DNA of 64,000 bases from Stegostoma tigrinum (lineage: Eukaryota): positions 38,175,818 to 38,239,817 of the forward strand of contig NC_081360.1 of assembly GCF_030684315.1 (NCBI RefSeq), given 5' to 3'. The position numbers and the translations under genes were made by a program. Under the pieces are notes generated by a model, which did no database searches, was not told the origin of the DNA, and was given only the letters and a program-made list of their open reading frames with translations. Shown piece after piece: positions 39,095 through 52,155 of the stretch (the first letter of the stretch is position 1; each line of letters starts with the position of its first letter).

Positions 39095-40215
39095 ATATAT
39101 CTTAATGACTTGAAAGAAAAGAGTGAACAAGAAGGTGTTCGTTTTGGAAGGGAGAACAAAGGTACAGAATATTATTTAACTGGAGAAAAATGACAGAAAG
39201 CTATAGTACAAAGGGGCTTGGGGATACATGAGCATGAAACACAAAAAGTAGGTAATCAGGAAGGCTAATGAAATATTGGCCCTTATTTCAAAGGCATTGG
39301 AGTGTGTTAGTAGGGAAGTCTTAATGTAACTGTATAGGGTGCTGGTGAGACCACATCCAGAATATTGCGAATAGTTGGGTCCTATCACCTAGGAAAGATA
39401 GAATTTTGTTGAAGATGGTTCAGAGAAGGTTCGCTATGATGATCTCTGGACTGAAGAGATTGTCTTCTGAGCAAAGGTTAACAGATTGGGATTCTACTTA
39501 CTGGAGTTTAAAAGAATGAGAGGTGATCTCATTGAAAATTGTAGGATTCTCAAGGAAATTGACAGGGTAACCGGGAGAATCTAGAACCAGAAAACATTGA
39601 AAACTTATAGCAAAGTGAGATAAGCAGAAGGCTCATCAACGACTGTTGAACTTTTAACTTATTCTTTTGATTTCTTGTTTCAAATATGAAAGACCTTAAT
39701 GTAAGCTATTACCTATTTCTTTATTTTGCTTTCTTTAATTTTATGAGGTAATGGTTAACTTTTTAATACTTGTTTCTCTTATTACTTTTTACCTAAGCTT
39801 TTTTTGTACCAAAGTACCTTGGTACCTAAGATTATGCCAGTGTGGTGACATTATACACTTTTCACTGTACTCCTATACTTCTGTGCTTGAGTACACATTA
39901 CAATAAAATATAAAACTAAATCTGAGGGCATAGTCTCAGGATAAAGGGATGCCAATTTAAGACTAAGATGAGGAGACATTTCTTCTCTGAAAATTGAGAG
40001 TCACCGGAAGACTTTAACACAGAGAGCTGTGGGGGCAGATTCCTTATGTATATCTAAGGATGAGATAGATAGATTTCTTAGTTGGGGAATTAAGCATTAT
40101 GGGAAAAGGACAGGAAAGTAGACAAGAGGAATGTCAGATCAGCCATTATCATATTGAATGGCAGAGCAGGCTTGAGAGGCTGAATGACCTACTTTTGTCC
40201 AAATTTCTTATAGTC
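39095..40215 (+). mobile_element. CR1 3' portion, interrupted at ~39595-39923
   Basis: ctggtgagaccacatccagaatattg (LVRPHPEYC); aagaatgagaggtgatctcattgaa; CR1 3' UTR. Confidence 0.85.
39595..39923 (+). mobile_element. 3' UTR of a different LINE (Rex1/Babar-like) nested in the CR1
   Basis: acttttcactgtactc...gagtacacattacaataaaa terminus; CR1 sequence resumes at gggcatagtctcagg. Confidence 0.5.
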
Positions 40216-41589
40216 TTACAATCTAAACAACCTAACCACATGCACATTTCTGCAATCATGTCAATGCAAAGAATACCCATTCAGGATGTGTGGTCAGGCT
40301 ATTACATTTCTTAAATCTCTAACAGAAACCAGCAGAGAAAAAGAAAGATTAGCAAATTTACATCATTATGTTTATACTTTGTCACAGACTTAAATACCTG
40401 CCCGTGACCACAGACAAATTATGCCAAAGACTTGGGGACAGGTGGGAGACATAAAGAAAAAAAAATGTAGTAAATATTGTGACAAATAGATGCAATAGAA
40501 ATAATCTGGGTAGTGCATGTGAGAATGTGTGCAAGTATTAAATAATGTTTATGACAGAGGAAGAATAAGATTGTGGAGAGCTGTTGTGTCAAGGTTTTAA
40601 CATGTTTTAACAACATAACAAGGATGTCTTGGAACTGGCATGAATGTAATAATGTAGGAGGAGTTAATTAGATTTGAAGAGAACAGCGCACATAAGTAAC
40701 TGTCTCATAACAGTTTAACATTTAGATCAGAATCTGGTAGATCTCAGATTGCCATGTATTGTACATGGTGTTAACATGCAATTAAGCAAGACATCTGTAA
40801 AAGCCTAAGCTTGACAACAGTGCTTGTCCTTGCCTTCTCATTGATCAATCTGTCTTGAAACCAAACTCTTTAATGTAAAAAGATCTATGATAACAAGTCT
40901 CCACCACAGAGGATACAAGTGATGTCTCAGAAGCAGCAATAAATCAGAAAATGGGAAGCAGACAGGAATTCAGGAAAATCACAATTTCCTGAGAAGTGAT
41001 ATTGAGTAAACTGTTGGAGCTGCAGACTGACAAGCGCTCTGCGCCTGACGGACTTTATTCTATGGTCCTAGAGGAAATAGTCAGTGAGATAGTTAATTCA
41101 TTGATTTTAATTTCCAAACCCTCCTCGATTTGGTGAAGGGCTGATTAGATTAAATGATAGTGAATGTACTTCCCTTATTCAGCATGGGAAGGAGACAGAA
41201 GGCAAGAAACTGCAAGCCTGTGAAGTTTAATTCCTACAAAAGGAAAATATTGGAAGCTATTATTGAAGAACTTATAGAAGAGCTTTTGATTAAGTTCAAG
41301 GTAATCAGGCTGAGTTCTGTGAAATGGAGATTAAGTTTGACCAAAGTATCATTCTTTGAGAAGGTAATTGTGCTGTAGATAAAGGGGAGCCAGTGGGTGT
41401 ACTATACTTGGAGTTCCAAAAGCATTTGATAAGTTGTCATGTCAAAGGGTTATTGTTCTAAATAGAAAATTTGTTAGTGAACATGAAGCAGTGAGCAGGT
41501 TTAAATCTCTATCAGATTGTCAAGATACAATGCATGGTATCCCATAGGGATCAGGGCCGGATCTCAACTATTTATAATTTATCTAAATA

Positions 41590-42245
41590 TAGTCAGACAG
41601 AATGGTTAAGAAGCCATTTAACATGCTTGCCTACATTGTTCAGACCTTTAAATATAGGAGTTGGGACACCTTTTTCAGTTTGTACAGGCCCTTGGTGAGA
41701 CGTCTTCTGGGACACTTTGTATTGTTCTGATTGCCTTGCTGCAGGAAGGATATTATTGAATTGGAGAGGATTCAGAAAATATTTACCAGGATGTTTCTGG
41801 GAATGGAGGGTTTGAGTTATAAAAACATGCTGAATAGGCTAGGAGTTTTTCAATGGAATGTGGGAGGATGAGGCGTGACCTTATAGATGTTTATTAAATA
41901 ATGAAGGACATAGATAATGGAATAGCAAGGGTCTTTTCCCTAAGGTGGGGAAGTTCAAAACTAAGGGGCATATGTTTAAGGTGAGAGGAGAAAATTTTAA
42001 AAATGATATGAGGCAACTTTTTACCACAGAGAGTGGTTCGTGTGTGGAATGAATTGCCAAAAGAAGTGGTGGATACAGGTACAGTTACAATATTTAAAAG
42101 ACATTTGGATAAGTACATGAACAGGGAAGATCTGGAGGGAATATGGGTCAAATGCAGGCAAGTGGTGCTAGTTTAGTTTGGAAACATTATCAGCGTGTAC
42201 TAGTTGGACTGAAAGGTCTGTTTCTGTGCTGCATCACTCTATGAT
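41590..42245 (+). mobile_element. Younger CR1 3' fragment nested in the old CR1
   Basis: Has its own 3' terminus (ctgtgctgcatcactctatga), after which the host resumes gatttggatgaaggg (DLDEG). Confidence 0.85.
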
Positions 42246-42717
42246 TTGGATGAAGGGACAGAAGACATGATTGCCAGATTTGCTGATGATACAAAGTTGG
42301 GTAAGAAATTAAATTGTGAAGAGAAAACAAGCAAAGTTTAAAAAGTATGTTGAAAAGAAAGTGAGTGGACAAAGATGTGATGGAAACAATGTAATGTGGG
42401 AAAATGTGAACTTGTCCATTTTGACAGGAAGAAAAGAAAAAGCATGCTATCTAAATGGTGACATACGACAGAGCTCTGAAATGCAGTGTGATCTGGATGT
42501 CATGCATGAATTGCAAAAGTATTTAAGAAAGCTAATATTATCATTTATCATGAGGAGAATGGAATATGGAAGTGGTAAGGTTATATTTTAGTTATACAGT
42601 GCACTGGTGAGACTGCGTCAGGAGTACTGAGTGCAGTATTGGGCACTTTATTCAAGGAAAGGTGTAACTGTATCGGAGGCAGTTCAGGGAAAGGTTACTA
42701 AACTAATACCTGATGGA

Positions 42718-42847
42718 GCTCTCTGATGAAGGGTCTAGGCCCAAAACGTCAGCTTTTGTGCTCCTGAGGTGCTGCTGGGCCTGCTGTGTTCATCCAGCCT
42801 CACATTTTATTATCTTGGATTCTCCAGCATCTGCAGTTCCCATTATC
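42718..42847 (+). mobile_element. Short PLE family A insertion (hammerhead core plus tail)
   Basis: Starts 5 nt before CTGATGA; perfect 10-bp TSD acctgatgga at 42708-42717 and 42848-42857. Confidence 0.92.
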
Positions 42848-43384
42848 ACCTGATGGACAGCATGAGTTATGAAGAAAACTTGGATAGGGTAGACTTACAA
42901 CTGGTGGGCTTTAGAAGAGTAAGAGGCAATTTGATTGAATCATATAAAGTCTTGAAGGGTTTTGCCAGGGTAGATGCAGAAAGGATTTTTCCCCTTATGG
43001 GATAATCTAGAACTGGGGATCAGAGGTGGTCAATGTAAAACAGAGTTTTAGCAATTTAGAAGGTGGTGTTCAGAAGGTGGTGAGTGGTTGGAACTCTATC
43101 CCTGAAAGTAAGCTGAGACTTTGAATATTTTTATTGCAGATGTAAGTAGATTCTGGTTAAGTAAGGAGTTGAAAAGCTATCAGTGTGGATGGGAATTTGT
43201 ATTTGAGGTTACAATTAAATCAGCCACGACTTTATTGAATGGCAGAGTGGGGGGCTGAATAGCCTACTCTATCTCCTACTTCACAAGTTCATGTATCTGG
43301 TTTGGAAGTAAAGTCTTGTCACTTTCAAAGGTTGAAGAAATGATTACATTGATTTGTGTCAAAGGGGAGACAAGCAATGTAAAT

Positions 43385-43497
43385 CCAGACCCAAAACGTC
43401 AGCCTTCCTGCTCCTCTGATGCTGCTTGGCCTGCTGTGTTTATCTAGCTCTACACCTTGTTCTCTCAGATTCGCCAGCATCTGCAGTTCCTATTATC
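43385..43497 (+). mobile_element. Short PLE family A-like pLTR end with tail
   Basis: cccaaaacgtcagccttcctgctcctctgatgctgc...gcagttcctattatc. Confidence 0.85.
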
Positions 43498-46400
43498 TTT
43501 TATACATAAATGTTCCCTTATTACAGTGAGAAACTCTGAGAGTTCTCATAACTTTTGTTATACCAACCTCACTCAAAGACACCAGAATAAATATTGTATT
43601 CTGTATTTTACCAGGAGAATGTGACAAGTTTAAGCACAAATCTTTTACTGCATGACTGTACATCGACAAATTAACACACATGTTGAAATATGCAACAGTG
43701 TAGTAATGTTGAAGGTTTAAGATACGTTCACATTTATTGTCTACACTTCTGAAAATACGCCATTGAAGTGTGCTGTGCTTCTCATTTATAATAAAAGGGA
43801 TGGTTGTTGTCCCTTGTGAATTTCATTATGTACTATGTCCAATTAAACATACTATATATATAAGTATTAGAGGGAGTCTAGAAAGAAAATAAAAGAGTCC
43901 ATTGTTTCAACTGCATTTGTGTTTCTACTTAAAATCTATTTCTTCTTAACTTCATACCTTCTTATTCTGGTTCCTTCAAAAGTAACAATCCATCTACCTC
44001 GTCTCATTTTTAGGCCACTATTGACTGTTGCTTTTATGTTTCCTTTTATGTTTAATTCTGACAACTAGATTCAGATGATTGATATCTCCGAAATGTTCTC
44101 ATGTATGGCTTCACAATCATGTCTGTTGTAAAAACAAACCACTTCCACTTTCAGGAGTATATCCCTGTACACACTGCATGGATATAATCACCGTTATCAG
44201 AATAGACAGGAAATGTAATGGTCAGTCAAGATAAGATGATGAATTGCTTGATATTCCCAGTCACCTAAGATGAACAGCCTTGATAAAATGATAGATTTTC
44301 ATTGTGCCAGCTTGAAATAGACAGTGTTGTGACTGTTCAAAAACTGGCTCATTTTGCTTTATTACGTCATCAATCCCTGTAAGCTTTCATTTTAAAGGCA
44401 AAATTTTTATTTTGTTTTAAGATATAACTATCAAACATGCCTCAATCCCAAAATCTGCTGACAAACATAAAACTATCAAAAACTGAAAAGAAGGTCTTCT
44501 CTTTTCCATTCCAGGTTGCATTAAGCCACAAATTCAATAATCAACCTCACATTCAAGGAAGAGATCTACAAGGACCCATCTTTTAAATTCTCATTCTAGC
44601 TTGTGAAAACATATCCTAAGGCAAGTGATTTGTTGCAGTGATGGGTTATTGCTCAAATCCACTTTAAAACTGAGCTTTCTGCTGCTTCTGTTATTCAAAT
44701 GTGCGAGATGTTGGCAATAAACTGCTGCACACAGATCAAGAATTCATGGAGTTTATCAAACTATGTCACACAAATCAACCTCCTAACACTTAGTGACGTT
44801 GGAGCAGCAATGTACCAAAGCAACTTCCTTCAGTACTGAAATGTAAGGGGTTGGATCCAGAAAATTGTGATTGCATGGGCAGAATGGATATCCTATCCAG
44901 AGCAGAAAGATACAATATTGACCGCTTGTCAATGCACTGCCTGCTTAATATAGTAACCCTCATCTCACACATTTATTTGAATAAAACGTTCCTGCAGGTT
45001 ATTTGTAAACAAAATTGGTAAGGTTGTATGTTAGGAGCCATTTGTTAATTGCATCCTCATAGATTTTTTTTTGACAGTTCAACTGTTAAAAAAATTACTA
45101 ATAAATCTAAGAGTTCAGCTGCTCAGCAATGCTACTGTGAATCCCAGTCGCAGTTTTATGCCATGTTAGTGGTTTTGAAAGTAATTTGGCAAGCGACCAC
45201 TGTCATCAATATGACTTGCAATCAGTTTAATGCAACTGAATTGAAACAGCCTATCATTTCCTTTGTCACACTCTTGTATTTGCATTAATTATAGAAATTG
45301 GAAAAATACACCTGGACATTCTGAGACATTTTCTCATATCAAAGTTTCAGAGACATTGAATAGAGACAGCTCATTATGGAAGCTGGCTCTGTAATAAGTG
45401 TATTGCTTTAGAATTACAACATCAAGTGTTTGAGGAGAATGATTGGAGCTGTTTCCTCGCCCCTGGATGCTGCCAAACCTGGAGAGTATTTCTAGCCATT
45501 GTGCTTTTGTTTCAGATGTCCCAAATCTACAATATTTTGCACTTGAACAGGGCCTGAGTTCTGTTTATATGGCTAATGGCACTAGCACAGAATAGGCAAC
45601 TAGGAGCCAGGAGTTTAGGCAGATATTATTGTTGCTGGGTTTATTCTGTGCCACTCACCAATCATCTTGCCCACTTATAATTAACTTATCCAAAAGAATA
45701 AGTGCCTTATTTTAAGAAAAAAACACAAATGCAAATTGTTTAATTTGCACGCTCCTATTCTACAATGCACCAATAGAAACTAGGTGCCAAGAATTCACAA
45801 CTAGGAAGTCAGGGCAGACACCTAGCAACTCTAGCTCAGCAGTTGCTTCTCTGGGCTGTTAACTCAGATACGTGGCATCAGCATCAGGGCACTCGAACAG
45901 CATAGTGACCACCTGCACCTGACGTCATTGGATCTTGGTATGCCACACATAGTGACTTCTCTGCACCATTTTGGCACATATCTGATCCACTTACAGTACT
46001 CTGCATTTGATTGCCACAATTTGGACTTCCCTAGCACATCTCATTGCATTGCTGCTGCAAAGATACTTGGTATGCAGGGACAGGCACCCAAGCATTGGAT
46101 TGGACCAGGCTGCATCACAGCACTGTCTGATTGCTCCCTTTGCTCACTGCATCTTTGCTTTGCTGTGCTTTGCCTTGTCCTCCTTTAGCTGGCTATGCCA
46201 TTCCTTTCACTACAGACATAAGTGTTGGCTGTAACCAGTCAAGGGGGTGGGCATGGTGCTGCACATCACCAGGTTACATTGGTATTACAGAAGTACCGTC
46301 TGTTAGAACTTCCAGCGTTTGTCCAAGTACACAGTGGAGTTAGAAATATGGTTCCAGGGCCAGGGATGCCCATCTATTTCGAGATATCCCAGCTGCAGAG

Positions 46401-47359
46401 AGTTCCCTCACTACAGCAAGTAGTGGAATTGGACTTGAACCATCAGAGAACAGGGGGAGGTTAGGTAGTTAATGAAGCATGTTTGGGAGAACTCACTGGG
46501 CTTCACGAAACATAATGAAAATGATATGAAACGAAAATATCACAAGATTCAGTCTGCTGCATCTATACTCAGGCACATGTATATGCAATATCCAATTAAA
46601 ACAGCCTTTGTAAAATGTGTTTTACAGAAAAAGAAACGTGCGCCGTCTTCTCTGGTTCAAGGTAACCAACAGAGAACCCACAAAGCACAGGAACACCACT
46701 GCCAGTATTAAGGACAATAATCACTGCCGAAAACCTTCATGCCTCCAATGATTGCACTCTACCTCCAGATTAAGGCCAGTCAATTCAATTAATGAAATGC
46801 TCAACACAGCAAACAGTTCCATCATTTTCCTGGGGATAAGTGACACAGATAGACAAGGAAACAGAGATAAAGACATTTTGTTTTCTTATGGTGGGTTTGT
46901 CCAAAGTCCAGCCCATCAAAATGGCCACCTGTGCCCCTGTAGGCATTGTCATCAACTACAATAGGAACAGAACAGGAAAATATATTACAGTGCAGCTTAT
47001 AAAATATCTGTTCGTACAGATTTTGCATTGCTAATGAGATACATATTGGAGCTGTACTGGAAGGTAGAGAAGAAGCTGAATGAACAGAGGAAAGATGATA
47101 CTATCTTGCTGCTTCAGGCGACTGTCAGCGTCACTCTGGGTACTCTCCCTTTGTTCTCACACCCAGGATATTAAACATGATGCGTTTGGACTGATTCAAT
47201 GGTTTAAATTTTGAGGAACTACTTTTTAATTTGCTTATTGTAGTCCCACTATATGCCGAGAGATAGTAAAATACTGGGAGTTGGAAGTGAAACAAAACTT
47301 AAACTTAAATTTCTGCCTGGCAATCTATGCATGTGTAAATGAATATGAACTTAAAAGAA

Positions 47360-47565
47360 GTGTGGAGCTGGATAAACACAGCAAGCGAAGCAGCTTCTTA
47401 GGAGCACTAAAGCTGACGTTTCGGGCCTAGAACCTTCATTGGAGAAGCTGATGAAGGCCCGAAACGTCAGCTTTTGTGCTCCTAAGATGCTGCTCAGCCT
47501 GCTGAGTTCATCCAGCTCCACACTTTGTTATCTCAGATTCTCCAGCATCTGCAGTTCCCATTATC
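47360..47565. mobile_element. Palindromic mini-PLE family A
   Basis: Tail-less minus arm plus tailed plus arm; 16-bp TSD tatga[a/g]cttaaaagaa at 47344-47359 and 47566-47581. Confidence 0.92.
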
Positions 47566-48411
47566 TATGAGCTTAAAAGAAAACAGTTTTGGCTGTAGTG
47601 ATGCTAATGAAGTGTATCCTGCTGTGGAACATGAAAGTATGTGAAACTGTTTTGTGACACCTCAGCATGCATCTTAAATTGTGTTGCTAAGCAACATAAG
47701 GACTAAGCAATTCTGGTATGCATTATAGATGATTATACATACCTATCTACTTGACATTGTACAATGCTGATTGAGCTTCAGTTCAGCAGATGTACCCTGA
47801 CTGCTACTTTTCCTTAACTGTTTTCACCTCCATTTGTTGTTGTTTTGGTTTTGCTAACTATACATTCTTCTTTAGTTGCATACTTTGCCCAAGAACCATC
47901 ACCAAACTGAGGTGTTCTTGTATAGCAAGAAATGTTGAGCTCTCAAAGTAATAGCAGTGGACTATTAGAGCTGTAGCTGCACCGTTTATGTTAATGTACA
48001 AGTAATCTGTACCATTCCACATCATATTGTATGAACTGTCAGTGCTGTTGACAAATATCTGGCTAATTTGTTATTATCATCCACTTGTAAGGTAATAATG
48101 CTCAAAGTCTGCTTGATTTAGTGTAGTGGAGGAAAATCACTGGCAGTCTAACAAGAAGAGTTTGTTGTATTAATCAAGATGTAGTTTATTGCATGAGAGC
48201 AATTATGAACAAGGTACATTGATGTGATAGATGTTGTTAGAGAGAATGTAAGGAAGATCAAAGCTCTTCTTCCTCAGGCCCATAAGTTATCCACAACATT
48301 AACCCTTTCAGGTGTTTCACCTGCTTATGCAACAGTTTTTTAAAAATATTTTCAAAATATGACAGCACAGAAACAGGTTTTTCAGCCCAAAGGCATCTTG
48401 GTAGCACTGTG

Positions 48412-48625
48412 AAAATCAAAAGAACCAGACGTTGTAAATCAGGAACAAAAACAAAGTTTTTGACCCTTCGTCAGAACTGCAGCATTATGACTCACAGCCA
48501 GAAGGTGTGAAGACTGGGCAGAAAGTTCTGAGTCAGGGTCATGGACCTGAAAAGTTAAATCTGTTTTCTCCTTTACAGATCCTGCCAGACCTGCTGAGCT
48601 TTTCCAGCAACTTTGTTTTTATTCA
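48412..48625. mobile_element. Palindromic mini-PLE family B with a ~45-bp unrelated spacer
   Basis: Tailed minus arm with internal deletion, spacer ~48479-48523, tail-less plus arm; degenerate TSD tggtagcactgtg / tggtagtgttgtg (10/13). Confidence 0.8.
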
Positions 48626-48874
48626 TGGTAGTGTTGTGCTCCAGCCTGCCAAGCTCCCAGTACATTTCATTTAAACCCATCAGTTTATCATTCTATTCCT
48701 TTCTCCCTCATTTCCTTATATGGTATTCCCTTAAATGCATCGAAATAGTTTGTCTTAAACATCCATGTAGCAAAGGGCTCAAAATTGTATCTTATGAATT
48801 TCCTTATTGGTATATTATTACCTTATGGATATGATCTCTAATTCTAGTCTCATCCATAAGTGAAACATGTCCTT

Positions 48875-49232
48875 TTTTAAAACTCATTCACAGGATGAGG
48901 GCATCGCTGTCCAGCCAGTATTTATTGCCCATCTCTAATTGCCAAGAGGACAGTTAACAGTCAACTACGTTGAGGTGGGTCTGGAGTTACATGTAGGCCA
49001 GACCAGGTAAGGGTAGAACTTTCCTTCCCCAGAGGACATTAGGAAACAAGGAGGGTTTTTCTGACAATTGACAATGGATTCACAGTCATCATTAGATTGT
49101 TAATTCCAGATATTTTATTGAATTCAGATTCCACCATGTGCCATGGCAGGATTTGAACCCCGGTCCCCAGAATATTATTGGTATCTCTGGATGAACAGTC
49201 CAGCGATAATACCATGAGGCCATTGCCTCCCG
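48875..49232 (-). mobile_element. tRNA-derived SINE (same family as 10428-10765)
   Basis: B-box-like ggttcaaatcc on the minus strand; tail gggcaataaatactggctggacagcgatgccc. Confidence 0.8.
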
Positions 49233-51834
49233 CATTAAGTATTCTATTGAGTCTCTTAAGTACAGTCATAAGTTTGAAAAGTTTTATCAGTCCCTCAGTC
49301 TTTCCTTTTCAAACACTGTGCTATTTTCTGTCCATGCAGATAATCAAACTTCTAGCCTGGGGATAGCGGACTTATGGAACAGGTCACTGTTCTGAAAGGT
49401 TGGAAATTGCAATATGATAATGTCCCACGGTCTTGGTGACAGTCCTGCTCTAGACCCCTATGGAATTATCGATGTCATCACTCGCTCTTGGTAATCTTTG
49501 TAAATGTGCTGCATTAGCCAGTGTAACTTGTACCTTTTGCTATTTTGTTTTGGTTTTGTTCTTTCTTTCCGTTCCTCTCAGGAACTCAGAGAGCATGGAG
49601 ACTGTCGATATTGGAATGATTAAAGCTTCTAAGCTGAATGGGACAGGCTGGATTGGCTTGTAGGTTCTTTCTTATCCATTACTTTTCATAAGTTTGTATG
49701 TCCAAAAACATCAGTTTTGAAAATACTAACAATATGAACAATTAACATGAATTCCTTGCCATCACATTTCCCATGGGGAATTGACAAGTAGAGATTGAAA
49801 CTTGCGCACAAGCAAGAAAAATAAATTAAAGAGAATTGTTTCTGTCCAGTCTTCGTACCTCCTGGTTGTGAGTCACAATGCTGCACTGAAAATGCCTTAG
49901 GAGTCCTTTGCCTGTGTGGAGGAAATGCATAAAACAGAAACCTATGAAACCAAAGGGAAAAATTCACATAATGGAAAGTGATAAACTTTCGGGACGTGAC
50001 TAACACCAATATTGTCTTGATATCTGTAGTAAGTTTGCAATAGTAATAAGATCCTGTTCCAAGTACATTCAAGTTGCTCATAGTCATCAAATTTGTCAAA
50101 GCCATGAATTTCTTTACATCCATATCCTTTCAGGGATTGACAGTGACATTTGTAGACTTTACAATCAGCTTCATATGAGTGTTACCTCTAGGTACTGTGA
50201 ACATCTGGTTCCATAATTCATATGGTTTAGAGCATGACCTTTAGATTGGGAATTGAATTTAAATGCAAGTAAATGAAAAAACCCATTTGAAGAACTAATA
50301 AATAAAACTGCGATACTTACAGTTCACAGAAACGCTTGAGTTTGCTTAATAAGGTCAGCATTAGGAGTGAAACTAAAACAATGAAAGACACTTCTAAGCT
50401 TGGTTGAGACAGGATATTTACAGCTAATTCAATAAGGGATTTAAATATTCATGTAGTTTCCATATCAACAAATGCAAAGTGTGTTTTTTTTCAATAGTGT
50501 TTTTGCTCGCAGAAACAAAGCAGTTCAACTTGGGAACAGACTTAGGGGCTACATGAAAGACAAATGTAAGCTGGGCCTGCAACTTAAACAGAGACAGAAA
50601 AAATCAACTTCATTGCTCACAGTGCAATGCAAGTGAGTGCTTGTACTCAGTTTTGAAATTTCACTGAGGATCTGAAACATCCTGAGGCCATTGCTTATTG
50701 CTAAAGTGGAAGGTGATCTAGCAGAAAGCTTATGCTCATTTCTTCCATGCTGCAAAGGAAAGGTTCCAACCCTGGGACAGGTGCACTTTCCAATGCACCA
50801 AGATCTCAGTGTGTATATTTTTTTTCATGAGTCTGTTGGAGTAGAACTCAGCTGCAACTTGAGCTTCTATGGTGTTTACATATAAGCCAAACTACCTACA
50901 TTTATCTGTCTGCACCCACTTATGCCTGCTGATCCACACACAAGACTTGCCTCTCGGTCTGTGATGTGCCAGTACCTGTTGGATGTCTACATTGCCTTTA
51001 AGAAAGCCTGCCTATAAGAACATTACATGCTGCATTAACACAATGTTGTGACTTCGCTTGGCAGTTAATTCTGCAAACTGCACATAAGAATTCAATTGGT
51101 TTGCCATAATGTCTTCTACATAACCTGCAATGTGTTTTCCAGTTTCAAATAATCTAATTCACAAAGTTAATTACTCCCTGATGAGCGATTGATTAGACAA
51201 ACATCATTTCCGTGACATGGTAAACCACAGTGGTAAGCAAAGTGCTGATGAAGCCTAATATGCTTGAATAGTAAGCAAACAAGTTACTCGAAAGGTAAAA
51301 CACACAACCGACCATCTTAAATTCTGCTAAAGTACATGAGACAACCCTTGCACCATTCTGCATTATAACGTCGAAGAATGTTGAAGATATAACCTCCTGA
51401 CGAGCAGAAAAAATACAACTGTGAGAGGACAGTTTAGCCCAATTGGGAAAGATAAGTGATCAGAGAGTGTGCTGAATCAATAGCAAGCAAGGATAGGTCA
51501 AAGGCATATTATCAGATGTCCACAAAATACAAAGATTAATTTGAAACACTGCCCACCTCTGAATTTAAATGTTTAAATAGTTTTCACGGCTGTGAGTTCT
51601 AGATTCGGGTGTTTCTGATACAGAAAAGCAAAACATTGCGGTTTGCTTATAAGTCAGAAATGAAACGGTGCAGGATTGACAGTCAAAGAGCTAAAAGATC
51701 TTCAGAAGGTATTGGCAATTTCGAAGACAAATTCAGAGTTAGATGAAACTTTCTTATTCATTGGCTCAATTTCATGTTATTTAGTCAAAGGCTTACAGAA
51801 TCTATAGACCACTTTGTAAGCTGGTGTAAAATGA

Positions 51835-52028
51835 AGGGTTCATTAGCTGTTTGGCTAGATGGCTGGTTTGTGATGCCAACTGCATGGGCTCAATTCTTAC
51901 ACTGGCTAAAGTCCCGCACGCTCAACCTTTTTGCCTGAAGCAATGTGACCCTCAGGTTAAACTCATCACCAGTTGTTTCTCTTTAATGAGAAAGCAGCCT
52001 ATGGTCCTCTGGGATTATAGTGACTTGA
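51835..52028 (+). mobile_element. Probable tRNA-derived SINE (third family)
   Basis: tagctgtttggctagatggc (A box-like), gggctcaattc (B box-like), body ccctcaggttaaactcatcaccag. Confidence 0.55.
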
Positions 52029-52034
52029 CCTGCT

Positions 52035-52155
52035 GCTGCGAGGACGCTGTGCTTGGGGACACATACCCATCTCGTGATCTGAAGCAAGCAGCATCTCTGG
52101 GCTATTCACTTGCTCACTCAGTGTGAGACTACCTGGATGTTAACAGTATCCCTGT
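52035..52155 (+). pseudogene. Degenerate 5S rRNA-like sequence (pseudogene or SINE3-type head)
   Basis: cccatctcgt-gatct-gaagc-aagcag and gtgagactacctgg are colinear with 5S cccgatctcgtctgatctcggaagctaagcag and gggagaccgcctgg. Confidence 0.5.

Larger units (their letters stand above)
40895..43285 (+). mobile_element. Old CR1 LINE hosting two nested insertions
   Basis: ttccaaaagcatttgataag (FQKAFDK); tttgctgatgatacaaag (FADDTK) ~42279; RRVRGNLIESYK; 3' UTR. Confidence 0.88.

Noticed and set aside
40575-40907. Short TG...CA solo LTR
   Set aside because: The apparent CA end (gtctccaccacagaggat) is the start of the adjacent CR1 fragment; no TSD found
49560-49663. Strong splice acceptor (ttcctctcAG) followed by NSESMETVDIGMIK
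   Set aside because: No recognisable protein and no convincing donor; same for acceptor-like sites near 10985, 33597 and 44514
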